Source: Bacteroidales bacterium | GTDB lineage: Bacteria > Bacteroidota > Bacteroidia > Bacteroidales > UBA1715 | Direction of reading: 5' to 3' | Assembly: GCA_024409235.1 (NCBI GenBank) | Contig: JAKSUA010000013.1 | Span: 808 to 64,807, forward strand | Length of the DNA: 64,000 nucleotides | Shown: positions 1 through 10,408 of the stretch, one piece after another | How the letters are laid out: the number at the start of each line of letters is the position of its first letter | Position numbering within the stretch: position 1 is the first letter of the stretch | The notes under the pieces: model-generated | Told to the model about the DNA's origin: nothing | The model's database searches: none | What the model saw: only the letters and a program-made list of their open reading frames with translations | Position numbers and translations under genes: made by a program

Positions 1-3000
1 CGCAAGATATAGATCTTGAAGCGAAAGGTTTCTCTGCCAGTGAACTTGACGGTGGTTGTAAAGCATTGCTGCAAGGTTATGCTAACGGTGGTGTCTCTGG
101 TAGCAGTACCGGTGTCATGAAAATGATAGTGTATATGCTTGATGCTGACAAAAATGTTTTGCAGACAGTAACGTTGGTTGACATGAACTTTACCACAGCT
201 CCAGATTGGACTGGATATGATAAAAAGACTACTGTGCCGGCGGGTACGCGATATGTTCGGTACCAAATCACAGGTAAGGATGCTAAATATTGGGCAGGAC
301 AGTACGGACCAAACTTTACTGGTATGTCTGTCCGTTTGTGCCAATCAGGCGATGAGTTTAAGTTTACTGTTACCAATGCAATGTATTCCAATGGTTCGGT
401 AAAATGGAAGGGTACAACTGAAATGGATCCAAATGGTGATGCTTTTTCTGTTGAGGTTTCTCAAGGAGCATCGGTTTCTTTTACTGTTACTCCTGATTCT
501 GGTAGTGAATTGGTGCGTTGTGCAGTAAAATCTGCTTTGGGACTTGTCTCTGTTACTGAAAATGGTACAACGTATAGTTTCTCTATGCCAGCGAGTGATG
601 TGGTTATTGTTCCTGTATTCGAAAAAACAGAGATTCCTACTATTAGTGAAAGTGGATACTATAATATTTATAACGAAAACACACTTAAGTGGTTTGTTAA
701 TCAAGTAAATAAGGGTAATACTACCATTAAGGGACGTTTGTTGAACGATATAGACATGACTGGCAAACATTTCTCGCCTATAGCTGCTGGTACTGTCTTG
801 GAATATAATACGTCAACACTGTCTCAAAAAGGATTTGCCGGTATTTTTGATGGTCAAGGGTATGCAATTAGTAATCTTACTATTGATGCAACTATGGGTG
901 AAGTGATTACCGGTTTTGTCGGTAATCTTTCGGGTACAGTAAAAAATACGGTATTTATTAATTGTAGTTACGACCAATTGTCTCAAGACGGTCGTTACGG
1001 TATTATTGCCGGTGTTGTTCAGCCTGGTGGTCTTATAGAAAATTGTGGTGTTATAAATTCTACTGTGAATGCAACAGACCATATTGGAGGTGCTGTGGCA
1101 GGTGCCAACTATGGGGGTACAATACGGGCATGTTATTCATATAAAAATACTGTGCGTGCACATAGCAGAATTGGTAATCTTGTTGGTGATAACCGTAACG
1201 ATGCTGGTTCATTAAAAGGAACTGTTATTGACTGTATTTGTGACGGTAAAATAGAAGGTACTACTTCGGACGCTCTTAAAGGAACTATAACTAACTGTAC
1301 GGCAAATTCTACACTTAACCTTACCAATGGAGCGCTTGCTTATGCAATGTATGCAAAAAATACTGTTTGGCGTCAGAATATAGATGTAGATGCATTTCCT
1401 CGACCAAATGGAAATGGACCACGTGTATATCGGTCGCAATGTAATATAAGTAAATATTCAAATAATTCATTAGTAGAACAGGGCCATGTGTATGGATCCG
1501 ATGGACGTTGTTCTATTTGTGGTGCTGCTGGTTGTGTGCAAATCAATGGTGTGTTCCAAATTGCTAGCAAAGCGAATTTGGATTTCTTCAGTAATTACGT
1601 AAACTCCAATCATTCATCGGCTAAAGCGGTGCTTGTTGCAGATATTGTTTACAATACTGATTTGTTGAGCAAAATTACTTTAGACGGTAGTAATATAGCA
1701 ACCGTAAATGCCGGAGCTACGGTTAATAAATGGATACCAATAGATACCGTAGGTTTTACTGGTTCATTTGATGGACAAGGACATAGCATTACGGGACTAT
1801 ATATCAATGAAAGTTCTACAGGTTTGCGTGCTGGTTTATTTGCCAAAGCAGGAAGTGGTTCAACTATTTCTAATGTGGTTATAAAAGATTCATACATTCG
1901 TGGTGCAATTTGTGGTGGTATTACGGCAAATGCAGATGGTTCTACTATTACAAATTGCGCAGTAGAGAATTCGTATGTTGTCGGTTCAAAATCAGCAGGA
2001 ACAGGTGGTATCGTGGGAAATAGTGCTTCTGTAAACACTGTTATACAGCATTGTTACAACACAAGTACAATTTATAGTTCGTATTCTGATGTTGGTGGTA
2101 TTTTAGGCTATGGTTATGCAATGATAAACAATTGCTACAACCAAGGTCCTGTTCGTGGTAGCGATGATACCGGTGGTATTGCTGGTGAGTTACGAGCAGG
2201 TTCTGTTATTTCTAACAGCTACAGTTCTGGTACTATTACTTGTGGTAGTTCTTATATTGGTGGTATTGTGGGATACACTCCATCCACTAACTCTGTTACG
2301 GCAACATTTAATAATAGTTATAGTGTAATGGCTCCAAGTAGAGGTTCTTCTCCATCTGGAACATCTCAAAAATCTGCTGAGGTATTTGCCCGCGGTGAAG
2401 TAACGTATTTGCTTAATAATGGACAAGGTGGTGTTGTTTGGTTTCAAAGAATAGGAAGCGATGCATACCCTCATTTTAATGAAACTCAAGATAATAATGT
2501 ATATCTTACCAGCGGTGTTTATACAAACACACCTACAGATGACTTTTTGTATGGTGGGGGAACAGGTTCTGAGAAGTACCCTTTTGTTATAAAAACTCGT
2601 GCGCACTTGGCAAAACTTGCTACCAAGGTTAATTCGGGTATTACCTATAAAGGTTACTACTTTATTGTTGCGAACGATATAGATTTAACAACATCATCTT
2701 GGACGCCTATTGGTAGATTTACTTCAAGTACCGATACAAAACCATTTAGTGGATACTTTGATGGTGGAAACCATGTGATAGATCATTTGACGATTCCATC
2801 AACACAAAGCGGTGTATCTGGTTTGTTTGCTATGGTTATTTCGGGAGAAGTACGAAATGTTATTCTTACGAATGTCAATATATCTCGTCCTATTAACGAA
2901 GGCTACTCTTTTGCTGGTGCAGTAGTCGGCCGTGCGTGCTATGCTATAATAGAAAACTGCGAGGCTCGTAGTGGAACTATTACTACTGGTTATGATAATG

Positions 3001-6000
3001 TAAATGGTGGTGTAGTCGGATGTTTGACAGGTGGAACAATTAAGAATTGTATTAACCGCATAAATATTACATCTTCAACAGGATCTAATACGAGCCACAT
3101 AGGTGGTATTGTAGGTCGTGTTTATCCTGGTACGACCTGGAATGGTTTTACAAATCCCTATTCATCTAGGGTTGCCGCCCATATTGAAGATTGCCGTAAC
3201 TATGGTGATATCACATCATCAGGTTCTCAAGTTGCTGGAATTGTAGGTTCTCTCTATAACGAATTTACTAGTTCCTATAAAGCTTATGTAGAACGATGTG
3301 CGAATGCTGGTACTATTACTGCAAACGGTGCTGGCGGTGGTATAGTTGGTGAGGTAGATTCATATGGTCTAGTTAATTACTGTGTGAATATTGGTTCTAT
3401 CCGTAACTATTCTACCGAATCTACGAGATATAGATATGGAGGTATCGTTGGTTCTATGAGATATAATAATAGTGGCCTATATGGAAACTTGAATGCTGGT
3501 AATATTGCAATGCCAAGTGCTGTGAGCGAAACCGGTGGTATTGTTGGTTGTGTTGGATATGGAAGTGAAGAGTATTATAATAATGCCGTACAACGAAATT
3601 TGAACATAGCAGATGTTTCTTCATCAGGAAGTTATGCAGGTACCATTGTTGGTAGAAATTCAGCATCTAAGCAAATTGGTGCTGGTATGACCAACTCTCA
3701 GGTTAAAGTTCTTGCAAATTGCGGTAGTTCAACCGATGCAACAACAGCATCCTGGGGTTTGGGTGGTTTTGTTGCTTTGCCAACCGAGAGCATTGTTGGT
3801 CTGAAACAACGCGGTTCTCAACAATTGGGAGGTCAAGACGAATATTTCCATTTTGAAGAAGGTCGTTATCCTTGTCCAAAGGGCATAGAAATGAGCGATA
3901 TTGTTCGTGTTGCCACTACACCTATCAATTTAAAAGAAGGTGAAATGTACAACACAGCAGGTTCTAAATCAACATCGTTTGCATACAATACCGATGTTGA
4001 ATTTAGTACAGAAAAAGGCTATATTAATTTTGAAAGTGGTACGGCAACGTATGATGCTGCAGGTGAAGATGTCATCTGGATTAAGTATGGTGATGCCAAA
4101 CGTTACCTATATGTTGTTATTACATGGAATAAGTCCCGTAAATTGACAGTATCTTCTGCACAAGATCTTGCAGATTTGGCAACAGGTGTTAATGCTGGTT
4201 CAGCGAGTGGTTTCATGTATCACGGTGCAACTTTGCCAAGATATGCGGCAGGATGTAGTTTCGTTCAAACATGCGATATTAAACGCGGTGTTCATACTCC
4301 AATTGGTAATGATACATATAAATTCAACGGAACATACGATGGTAATGGTCACAGCATAACAGGTTTGATTTATAATAATACATCAGGTTCAAATGTAGGT
4401 TTGTTTGGTGTGGCATCTGATGGTGTAGTAATTAAGAACCTAAGTATAGATGGTTCTATAACTGCATTAAGCACAGCTGCAGGTTTTGTAGGACTTATTA
4501 GATCGGGGTCGTTAACTATTGAGAACTGTTCTAACAATGTCATAGTGAATACTACATCAACCACAGGTAGTGGAACAGCCGCCTTTGTCGGTAATGCAGG
4601 AAATGCGAATGTTACTATACGCAATTGCTACAATTCAGCTGCAATTTCTTCTTCGGCAGATGGCTATTTGGCAGCAGTTGCGAATAAGCCAGATAATGCA
4701 ACTGGTGTGTTGGTTATAGAAAACGTACATAACTATGGTGCGATTACCGGTGTGTTAAAAGCGGGAGGTAATGCATTTGCAAATAATGCAACGAAAATGA
4801 CCAACTGTTACATAAATATTACTAAAACAACATTGAATACAGTAACAACTGGTTTAACTCGTGTTCCGGAAACAGACTTTAATAATGGTAAAGTATGTTG
4901 GATGCTAAACGGAAAACCTGAAACACGTAGTCAGTGCGAGGATGTGTTGTTTACACAAAATCTTGATCCACAAACTGGTGAACTTTGGCCTGTATTCAAT
5001 AGTTTATATGTATATCCTAATGGTACGGATGCATTTACAAACATTCGTCCTGACGGTGAATATACTTTGAGTGAATATATAGTGTATGACATTACGAATG
5101 CTCCAAAGGATACATTATTCGCAGCTGCAAACTTGTTGGCTTTTGCGTCAGAAAATGCTGTATGGACTATCAATCAAACAGAATATCTCCAAGTAGATTC
5201 AATTAAGAATGGTTATGCCTATGTAACATCAAAAACCGACGAGGAACATGCTGGTTGGATGGGTACAGAAGTAATAACATTCTCTACTACAATGCAAAAC
5301 GCAGATGGAACGATTATTCAGATTGATGTACCTATAAAATATGAAAAGAAATTCATTAGTGCCGATGCTTCAACAGAATTGAAAGTGAAGTTGGAAACAT
5401 TACGTACTGTAGGTACGCCTGATGATTTGTTCCGTGTTGTTGCTACAGTTATTGGTCGTCGCGACGGATATAGCTGGTCTCTTGTTAAGAAAGGTACCTC
5501 AGGAGAATATACGAATGTAATATTGAGTCAAACCACATTGGGACAAGATTTTAAAATTCCAGATGTTGGTGATTATACTTTGACTTTTACGGCTACAAGT
5601 ACAGATGAAGAACATGTAAGAAAGACATTCTCTGCTTCTAAGGAGCTTAGTGTTATTGGTATAACCAACCGTACACCGCAAGTTTGTTATGGTGAAACTA
5701 TCTCGTTGGCAACTTCTGGTGCTGATTTTTGTGATTGGAGTAATGGAAGTTCTTTAACTTCAATTACTGTAAGTCCAACAAAAACAACTACATATGTAGT
5801 TGAAATGTCAAAACTTTCTGCAGGTGCTTCGAAATTTACAGATTCGGTAACGGTTATTGTTTCTGTACCAGTTAGCGTAACTCCAAATTCATGTCTTCGT
5901 GTTGGAAATACAATGGAGATTGAAGCAATGGGAGACTACGAAACATATTCGTGGTCAACAGGCGAAACAACTTCTAGCATTTCGGTTTCTAATCCTGGTA

Positions 6001-9000
6001 GATATACTGTTGAAACTCTAGATGCACTTGGTTGTACAAGTAACGCTTCAACAGAAGTGTCGGTATATGGTATTACAACCACAGATTTGGCTATATGCTA
6101 CGGTGAAGGTATTACTTTGAATGCGGCAGCTTCTATGGACAGCGTTGTATGGAATGACGCGAACGCAACACATGGTGAAACTCTTTCGATAAACTATCTG
6201 TTAGAAACCCAGTCTGTTTCTGCAACTTCATATAAAAATGGTGTTCCATATCTTGATGCGGTAACGGTTGTTGTTGGCGAACCTGTATCATTCAACGATG
6301 TGCGTGCAATTTGTACCGGAGTAACAACTACTATTTCTCCTATTGCCGATTATGCAACATACAGTTGGGACAATGGCGAGGGAACAGATGTGATAAGTAC
6401 TCAGAAAAGCATCATTGTCAACGAAGCAAATACCTATCGTTTGACTGCAGTAGATACACTTGGTTGTAGTTCTTTCAAAAGTGTTGATTTGGATGTCGTA
6501 CCAAATCCAGTAGTTGACTTGGGTGAGGATAGAAATATCTGCTACGGAGATACCATTGTTTTTGATGCAGGTGCTGGTTTCTTGAAATATACCTGGTCTG
6601 CAACCCGCGACTTTGAAACTGCCGAAATAGACCAGATATTTATTGCCGATACTATTTTGTTGCATACAGTTCAAGGTTTAGGCAACGAACGTAAACTTTC
6701 TGTTGAGGTGCAGGACAAATTTGGATGTTCGAACAGCGATACAGTTGTCTTAACATTCCGTTCCCGTCCAACAATTACTTTCGGTGAAGGAGGTTTATAT
6801 TGTGGTGTGGAAGAATCAGTTGCACCTACATTCACTGTTTCAGGTGTTGCACCATTCCGATTTACATATACCGACGGTGTTGAACAATTCATTGAAGACT
6901 TTAGCGGAAAAACATTTACTCCTACAGCTCCGGGTATAGGTGAGTACACATATAAAATGAATACGTTGGAAGATGCGTACTGTTCGGCCGATACTACAAG
7001 TCAGACAGCTGTAGTAAAAGTTGTTGCGTTACCAACTGTAGAGCTAGGTGTAGATACAACACTATGTTATGGTGAAAGTTTTACGTTAAATGTTCATAAT
7101 GACGGTGCAACATATTCGTGGTTGCCATTACGTGATGGTGTTCACGCAGAGTTGAAGGAATCATATGTTGTAGATACTGCTATTGTAAATCATAATTTCC
7201 CAATTTCAAATGTTCACGAAGTTGTTGCTACTGTAACGAGTGCAGAAGGTTGTGTTGTAAAGGATACGGTTGTGGTGACATTTAAAGAACGTCCAACTGT
7301 TTCTATAACAGGTTCAACTACATACTGCGGTCTTGATAAAGCACAAGGTGCAACATTCAACTTTAAAGGAACTGCACCATTTACATTTACATATACCGAT
7401 GGTGATGAAACAACAGATGTAGAATCGTTGGAGACAGCATCGTTACAGGCACAAAAACCAACAACAACAGGTGTGTATGATTATTCACTTCTTTCGTTGA
7501 AAGATGCAACATGTACTGCCGATCTTCAGGTAGTTAAAGCACGCGTTGTTGTAGCCGAAGTACCTGAGGTTTCTCTTGGAGAAGATACAACATTGTGTTA
7601 TGGTGAAGAACTTACATTACAATTAAATGCTGAAGAAGGTGCATCGTATGTATGGAGTCCTCGTCGTGATGGTATTCACATTACTACTTCTGCTTCATTC
7701 ATTGTTGACACAGCAATTGTAAACAATAATTTCCCTGTTTCAAAAGTACAGGAAATTGTTGCAACAAAAACAACATCTGATGGTTGTTCCGCAAGCGACA
7801 CATTGATGGTGACATTCAAGGAACGTCCAAGTGCAACGATATCCGGTAACGCTACATACTGTGGCACAGAAGGTGTTGAAGGCGCCACAATCAGCTTGAA
7901 AGGAACAGCACCGTTTACATTAGTCTATACAGACGGTATCGATACAACATCCATAGAATCTCAGGAGGAGGCAATGCTTCAAACAGCAGTTCCGTCGTCA
8001 GTAGGTGTGTACAATTATTCAATTGTGTCATTGAAGGATGCAAACTGTAGTGCGGACTATCAGTCGTCAAAAGCAAAGGTTGTTGTTGCCGAAATTCCAA
8101 CGGTTTCATTGGGAATGGATACAACATTATGTTATGGCGAAAGCGTTGTGTTAAATGCTGGCTCTGAAGCAAAATGGTACGCAAACGGTAACTATGTAAG
8201 CCGCTCATCGTCGATGGAAGTGGATACAGCCTTAATATACGCATACTATCCAAACAAAAACGAACAGGAGATTGTTGCTGTTGTTACGAATGCTGAGGGC
8301 TGTTCTGCAAGCGATACAATGATGGTAACATTCATTGAACGTCCAAGTGCAACGATATCCGGTAACGCTACATACTGCGGCACAGAAGGTGTTGAAGGTG
8401 CCACAATCAGCCTGAAAGGAACTGCACCGTTCACATTCGTTTATACAGACGGTATCGACACAACAAGCATAGAGTCTCTGGAGGAAGCAATGCTTCAAAC
8501 AGCGGCTCCGTCGTCAGTAGGTGTGTACAACTATTCAATTGTTTCGTTGAAGGATGCATATTGTTCTTCTAACAGACAAACAGCGAAAGCGAGAATTATT
8601 GTTTCTGAAATTCCTACACTATCGCTTGGTGCAGATACAACTCTTTGTTATGGAGAAACTCTTGTTTTGAATGCCGGAAATGCAGATTCTTACGAATGGA
8701 GTTCAAATGGAACTGTAGTCGGTAAAGCAAGTTCTTTGAATGTTGATGAAAGTCTTGTGTTAAATTATTGGCCAGTTGTTAACGATAAAAAGATTGTGGC
8801 TACGATTGTAAACGAATATGGCTGTACAAATTCAGATACGATAGATGTTACATTCCGCTCTCGTCCAACGGCAAGTGTTTCGGGAGCAAAAGTATATTGT
8901 GGTGACGAAGAAGTTCAACCTGCATCGTTCCAATTCGATGGTGTTGCACCATTCACATTCACATATAATGATGGTGAACAATCATTTACTGAAACGGTAG

Positions 9001-10214
9001 AGGAAAAAGAATTTGTTCTTGATGTACCACATTCAGAAGGTGTTTATTCATATCGTTTGACATCTCTTGGTGATGCTGAATGTTCTGAAACAGCTTATGG
9101 ACTTGCAACATCAGTTACTATTGCGGCTAAGCCATCTGTTAATGTTGGTGAAGACCAAGTATTATGTAAAGGTGAACTTGCTTATCTTGATGCTCAGACA
9201 GAAGAAGAGAACTCGTGTGTTTGGTTCCGTCAAAGCAAGAAAAACTCTATTTCTGTAAATTCATCAATATACTTTGGTGAAACAGATACTGTAACTGTTA
9301 TGGTAACATCTCCTTATGGTTGTAAGGCATACGATACAGTTGCAATTACCGTTAAGAAGCCATACGCTGAGCAACTTGGTGTTGTAACATACAGTGAGAA
9401 TGCAAAAGACATGATCATTGCTTGGGAAAAAACAGTTGATGTTGGAACTATTGGTTATATAGTAGAACGTGAAACTGATTTTACAAACAATTGGGTTGCT
9501 GTTGATGACACAGTTTTAATCAGTCAACCAGCGTTAGTTGTTGATTATAACGTTCCTGCAAATCGTGCGTATAAGTATCGTTTAAAAACAATTGACGAAT
9601 GTGGAAACTCGGCTATAAGCAAAACACATCGTTCAATGCATTTGTCAATTCAAAAACAACTTGACGATAAGCCAAGTTTGAATTGGAACGCATACGAGCC
9701 AATGGAATTAGTTTCTCAATATCTTGTTTTGCGTGGCTCTGATTCAACTGCAATGGATACTGTTGATCGTGTACCAGCAAGTAACTTGACAGAAACTTGG
9801 GATGAGCTTGAATCTTTTGATGGCAAGATGTATTACAAGGTGTTGTTTGTTCTTGAAAATGAAGTAAACGAAAACTGCTACCGTGATATTTATGGCAATA
9901 AGGTTGAAGGTTCTGCAATTAAAGCAGAATCGGGACCATTCTCATTAGCGTTGTCTAATATTGCAGAAGCAGAAAATGACGATGAACCAACAGCTGTAGA
10001 AGATGTAGAGAATGCAGTGGTTGTATATGCTGTTGATCATACAATCAATGTGAAGAATGCTGGAGACAAATCTATTGTAGTGTATGATAACTCAGGTAGA
10101 GTAGTCTTGCACACATCTTCTGTTGATGATGTAATGCAAAGTTTCGACGTAAGATTGGAAGGTGTATATTTCGTGAAGGTAGGAGACAAAACATTCACGG
10201 TAATGGTAAAATAA
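1..10214 (+). CDS. Giant secreted surface protein, 5'-truncated by the window edge: GLUG/beta-helix modules + Cys-bracketed Ig-like (SprB-repeat-like) modules + FN3-like modules + T9SS type A CTD
   Basis: Frame 3 is open from nt 3 with no stop before the track's TTG at 66, so the gene continues upstream of the window. Single uninterrupted ORF to TAA at 10212-10214. Domain motifs are listed in the sub-features below. Confidence 0.85.
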   Translation, partial: QDIDLEAKGFSASELDGGCKALLQGYANGGVSGSSTGVMKMIVYMLDADKNVLQTVTLVDMNFTTAPDWTGYDKKTTVPAGTRYVRYQITGKDAKYWAGQYGPNFTGMSVRLCQSGDEFKFTVTNAMYSNGSVKWKGTTEMDPNGDAFSVEVSQGASVSFTVTPDSGSELVRCAVKSALGLVSVTENGTTYSFSMPASDVVIVPVFEKTEIPTISESGYYNIYNENTLKWFVNQVNKGNTTIKGRLLNDIDMTGKHFSPIAAGTVLEYNTSTLSQKGFAGIFDGQGYAISNLTIDATMGEVITGFVGNLSGTVKNTVFINCSYDQLSQDGRYGIIAGVVQPGGLIENCGVINSTVNATDHIGGAVAGANYGGTIRACYSYKNTVRAHSRIGNLVGDNRNDAGSLKGTVIDCICDGKIEGTTSDALKGTITNCTANSTLNLTNGALAYAMYAKNTVWRQNIDVDAFPRPNGNGPRVYRSQCNISKYSNNSLVEQGHVYGSDGRCSICGAAGCVQINGVFQIASKANLDFFSNYVNSNHSSAKAVLVADIVYNTDLLSKITLDGSNIATVNAGATVNKWIPIDTVGFTGSFDGQGHSITGLYINESSTGLRAGLFAKAGSGSTISNVVIKDSYIRGAICGGITANADGSTITNCAVENSYVVGSKSAGTGGIVGNSASVNTVIQHCYNTSTIYSSYSDVGGILGYGYAMINNCYNQGPVRGSDDTGGIAGELRAGSVISNSYSSGTITCGSSYIGGIVGYTPSTNSVTATFNNSYSVMAPSRGSSPSGTSQKSAEVFARGEVTYLLNNGQGGVVWFQRIGSDAYPHFNETQDNNVYLTSGVYTNTPTDDFLYGGGTGSEKYPFVIKTRAHLAKLATKVNSGITYKGYYFIVANDIDLTTSSWTPIGRFTSSTDTKPFSGYFDGGNHVIDHLTIPSTQSGVSGLFAMVISGEVRNVILTNVNISRPINEGYSFAGAVVGRACYAIIENCEARSGTITTGYDNVNGGVVGCLTGGTIKNCINRINITSSTGSNTSHIGGIVGRVYPGTTWNGFTNPYSSRVAAHIEDCRNYGDITSSGSQVAGIVGSLYNEFTSSYKAYVERCANAGTITANGAGGGIVGEVDSYGLVNYCVNIGSIRNYSTESTRYRYGGIVGSMRYNNSGLYGNLNAGNIAMPSAVSETGGIVGCVGYGSEEYYNNAVQRNLNIADVSSSGSYAGTIVGRNSASKQIGAGMTNSQVKVLANCGSSTDATTASWGLGGFVALPTESIVGLKQRGSQQLGGQDEYFHFEEGRYPCPKGIEMSDIVRVATTPINLKEGEMYNTAGSKSTSFAYNTDVEFSTEKGYINFESGTATYDAAGEDVIWIKYGDAKRYLYVVITWNKSRKLTVSSAQDLADLATGVNAGSASGFMYHGATLPRYAAGCSFVQTCDIKRGVHTPIGNDTYKFNGTYDGNGHSITGLIYNNTSGSNVGLFGVASDGVVIKNLSIDGSITALSTAAGFVGLIRSGSLTIENCSNNVIVNTTSTTGSGTAAFVGNAGNANVTIRNCYNSAAISSSADGYLAAVANKPDNATGVLVIENVHNYGAITGVLKAGGNAFANNATKMTNCYINITKTTLNTVTTGLTRVPETDFNNGKVCWMLNGKPETRSQCEDVLFTQNLDPQTGELWPVFNSLYVYPNGTDAFTNIRPDGEYTLSEYIVYDITNAPKDTLFAAANLLAFASENAVWTINQTEYLQVDSIKNGYAYVTSKTDEEHAGWMGTEVITFSTTMQNADGTIIQIDVPIKYEKKFISADASTELKVKLETLRTVGTPDDLFRVVATVIGRRDGYSWSLVKKGTSGEYTNVILSQTTLGQDFKIPDVGDYTLTFTATSTDEEHVRKTFSASKELSVIGITNRTPQVCYGETISLATSGADFCDWSNGSSLTSITVSPTKTTTYVVEMSKLSAGASKFTDSVTVIVSVPVSVTPNSCLRVGNTMEIEAMGDYETYSWSTGETTSSISVSNPGRYTVETLDALGCTSNASTEVSVYGITTTDLAICYGEGITLNAAASMDSVVWNDANATHGETLSINYLLETQSVSATSYKNGVPYLDAVTVVVGEPVSFNDVRAICTGVTTTISPIADYATYSWDNGEGTDVISTQKSIIVNEANTYRLTAVDTLGCSSFKSVDLDVVPNPVVDLGEDRNICYGDTIVFDAGAGFLKYTWSATRDFETAEIDQIFIADTILLHTVQGLGNERKLSVEVQDKFGCSNSDTVVLTFRSRPTITFGEGGLYCGVEESVAPTFTVSGVAPFRFTYTDGVEQFIEDFSGKTFTPTAPGIGEYTYKMNTLEDAYCSADTTSQTAVVKVVALPTVELGVDTTLCYGESFTLNVHNDGATYSWLPLRDGVHAELKESYVVDTAIVNHNFPISNVHEVVATVTSAEGCVVKDTVVVTFKERPTVSITGSTTYCGLDKAQGATFNFKGTAPFTFTYTDGDETTDVESLETASLQAQKPTTTGVYDYSLLSLKDATCTADLQVVKARVVVAEVPEVSLGEDTTLCYGEELTLQLNAEEGASYVWSPRRDGIHITTSASFIVDTAIVNNNFPVSKVQEIVATKTTSDGCSASDTLMVTFKERPSATISGNATYCGTEGVEGATISLKGTAPFTLVYTDGIDTTSIESQEEAMLQTAVPSSVGVYNYSIVSLKDANCSADYQSSKAKVVVAEIPTVSLGMDTTLCYGESVVLNAGSEAKWYANGNYVSRSSSMEVDTALIYAYYPNKNEQEIVAVVTNAEGCSASDTMMVTFIERPSATISGNATYCGTEGVEGATISLKGTAPFTFVYTDGIDTTSIESLEEAMLQTAAPSSVGVYNYSIVSLKDAYCSSNRQTAKARIIVSEIPTLSLGADTTLCYGETLVLNAGNADSYEWSSNGTVVGKASSLNVDESLVLNYWPVVNDKKIVATIVNEYGCTNSDTIDVTFRSRPTASVSGAKVYCGDEEVQPASFQFDGVAPFTFTYNDGEQSFTETVEEKEFVLDVPHSEGVYSYRLTSLGDAECSETAYGLATSVTIAAKPSVNVGEDQVLCKGELAYLDAQTEEENSCVWFRQSKKNSISVNSSIYFGETDTVTVMVTSPYGCKAYDTVAITVKKPYAEQLGVVTYSENAKDMIIAWEKTVDVGTIGYIVERETDFTNNWVAVDDTVLISQPALVVDYNVPANRAYKYRLKTIDECGNSAISKTHRSMHLSIQKQLDDKPSLNWNAYEPMELVSQYLVLRGSDSTAMDTVDRVPASNLTETWDELESFDGKMYYKVLFVLENEVNENCYRDIYGNKVEGSAIKAESGPFSLALSNIAEAENDDEPTAVEDVENAVVVYAVDHTINVKNAGDKSIVVYDNSGRVVLHTSSVDDVMQSFDVRLEGVYFVKVGDKTFTVMVK
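831..4367 (+). other. Four GLUG-type beta-helix modules inside giant gene 1
   Basis: Each module opens with F-x-G-x-[FY]-D-G-x-G-[HY]-x-I: GFAGIFDGQGYAISNL (831-878), GFTGSFDGQGHSITGL (1752-1799), FSGYFDGGNHVIDHL (2745-2789), FNGTYDGNGHSITGL (4323-4367). Each is followed by many GG[IV][VA]G turns (GGIVG, GGIAG, GGILG) typical of GLUG-motif beta-solenoids. Confidence 0.6.
6498..9123 (+). repeat. Five in-frame tandem units (~516-536 bp, ~172-178 aa) inside giant gene 1
   Basis: Units start near 6498, 7026, 7552, 8088 and 8604. Each has LGxDTTLCYGE ... VTF(K/R)xRP(T/S) ... YCG ... G(T/V)APFTFTYTDG ... GVYxYS ... SLKDAxC. Segments 7821-8042 and 8337-8558 differ at about 18 of 222 nt by eye, and their first 41 nt are identical. 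Confidence 0.85.
10014..10211 (+). other. T9SS type A C-terminal sorting domain (Por_Secre_tail-like) of giant gene 1
   Basis: Terminal ~66 aa AVVVYAVDHTINVKNAGDKSIVVYDNSGRVVLHTSS...LEGVYFVKVGDKTFTVMVK match the pattern (v.vyp..d.l.v ... i.iyd..Gr.v ... GvYfvkv ... kv.K). Confidence 0.8.
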
Positions 10215-10240
10215 CAACTATCAATCTTGTAAATAAATTC

Positions 10241-10278
10241 TATGTTCCTTTCTTTCTACAGCTAAAGAAAGGAACATA
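10241..10278 (+). terminator. 15-bp perfect stem-loop 27 nt downstream of giant gene 1 (no U-tract)
   Basis: tatgttcctttcttt (10241-10255) / loop ctacagct / aaagaaaggaacata (10264-10278). It is followed by agagttg, so it is not a canonical intrinsic terminator. Confidence 0.4.
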
Positions 10279-10408
10279 AGAGTTGTCGATGCCACTCCTC
10301 ACTAAAATATGCCTGCGTTACGCTAAATGGGTAAGGATTGCTCCTGCACATAATGCAAACGCCGCAAAGTAGCTTGTTTTTAGCATTTTACTATGTCAGA
10401 TTAACCTT

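Noticed and set aside
6498-9123. Regularly spaced repeats (also 47104-49830) as a possible CRISPR array
   Set aside because: The periods are ~520 and ~396 bp. The repeats are in-frame protein modules inside long ORFs, with no short conserved direct repeat and unique spacer structure and no cas genes.
77-9918. About twenty antisense or alternative-frame ORFs (60-141 aa) inside giant gene 1
   Set aside because: All are embedded in a 10-kb ORF with coherent domain content. Their translations are low-complexity or Cys/Ile/Thr-rich nonsense, typical of shadows of repetitive Gly/Thr/Val codons.
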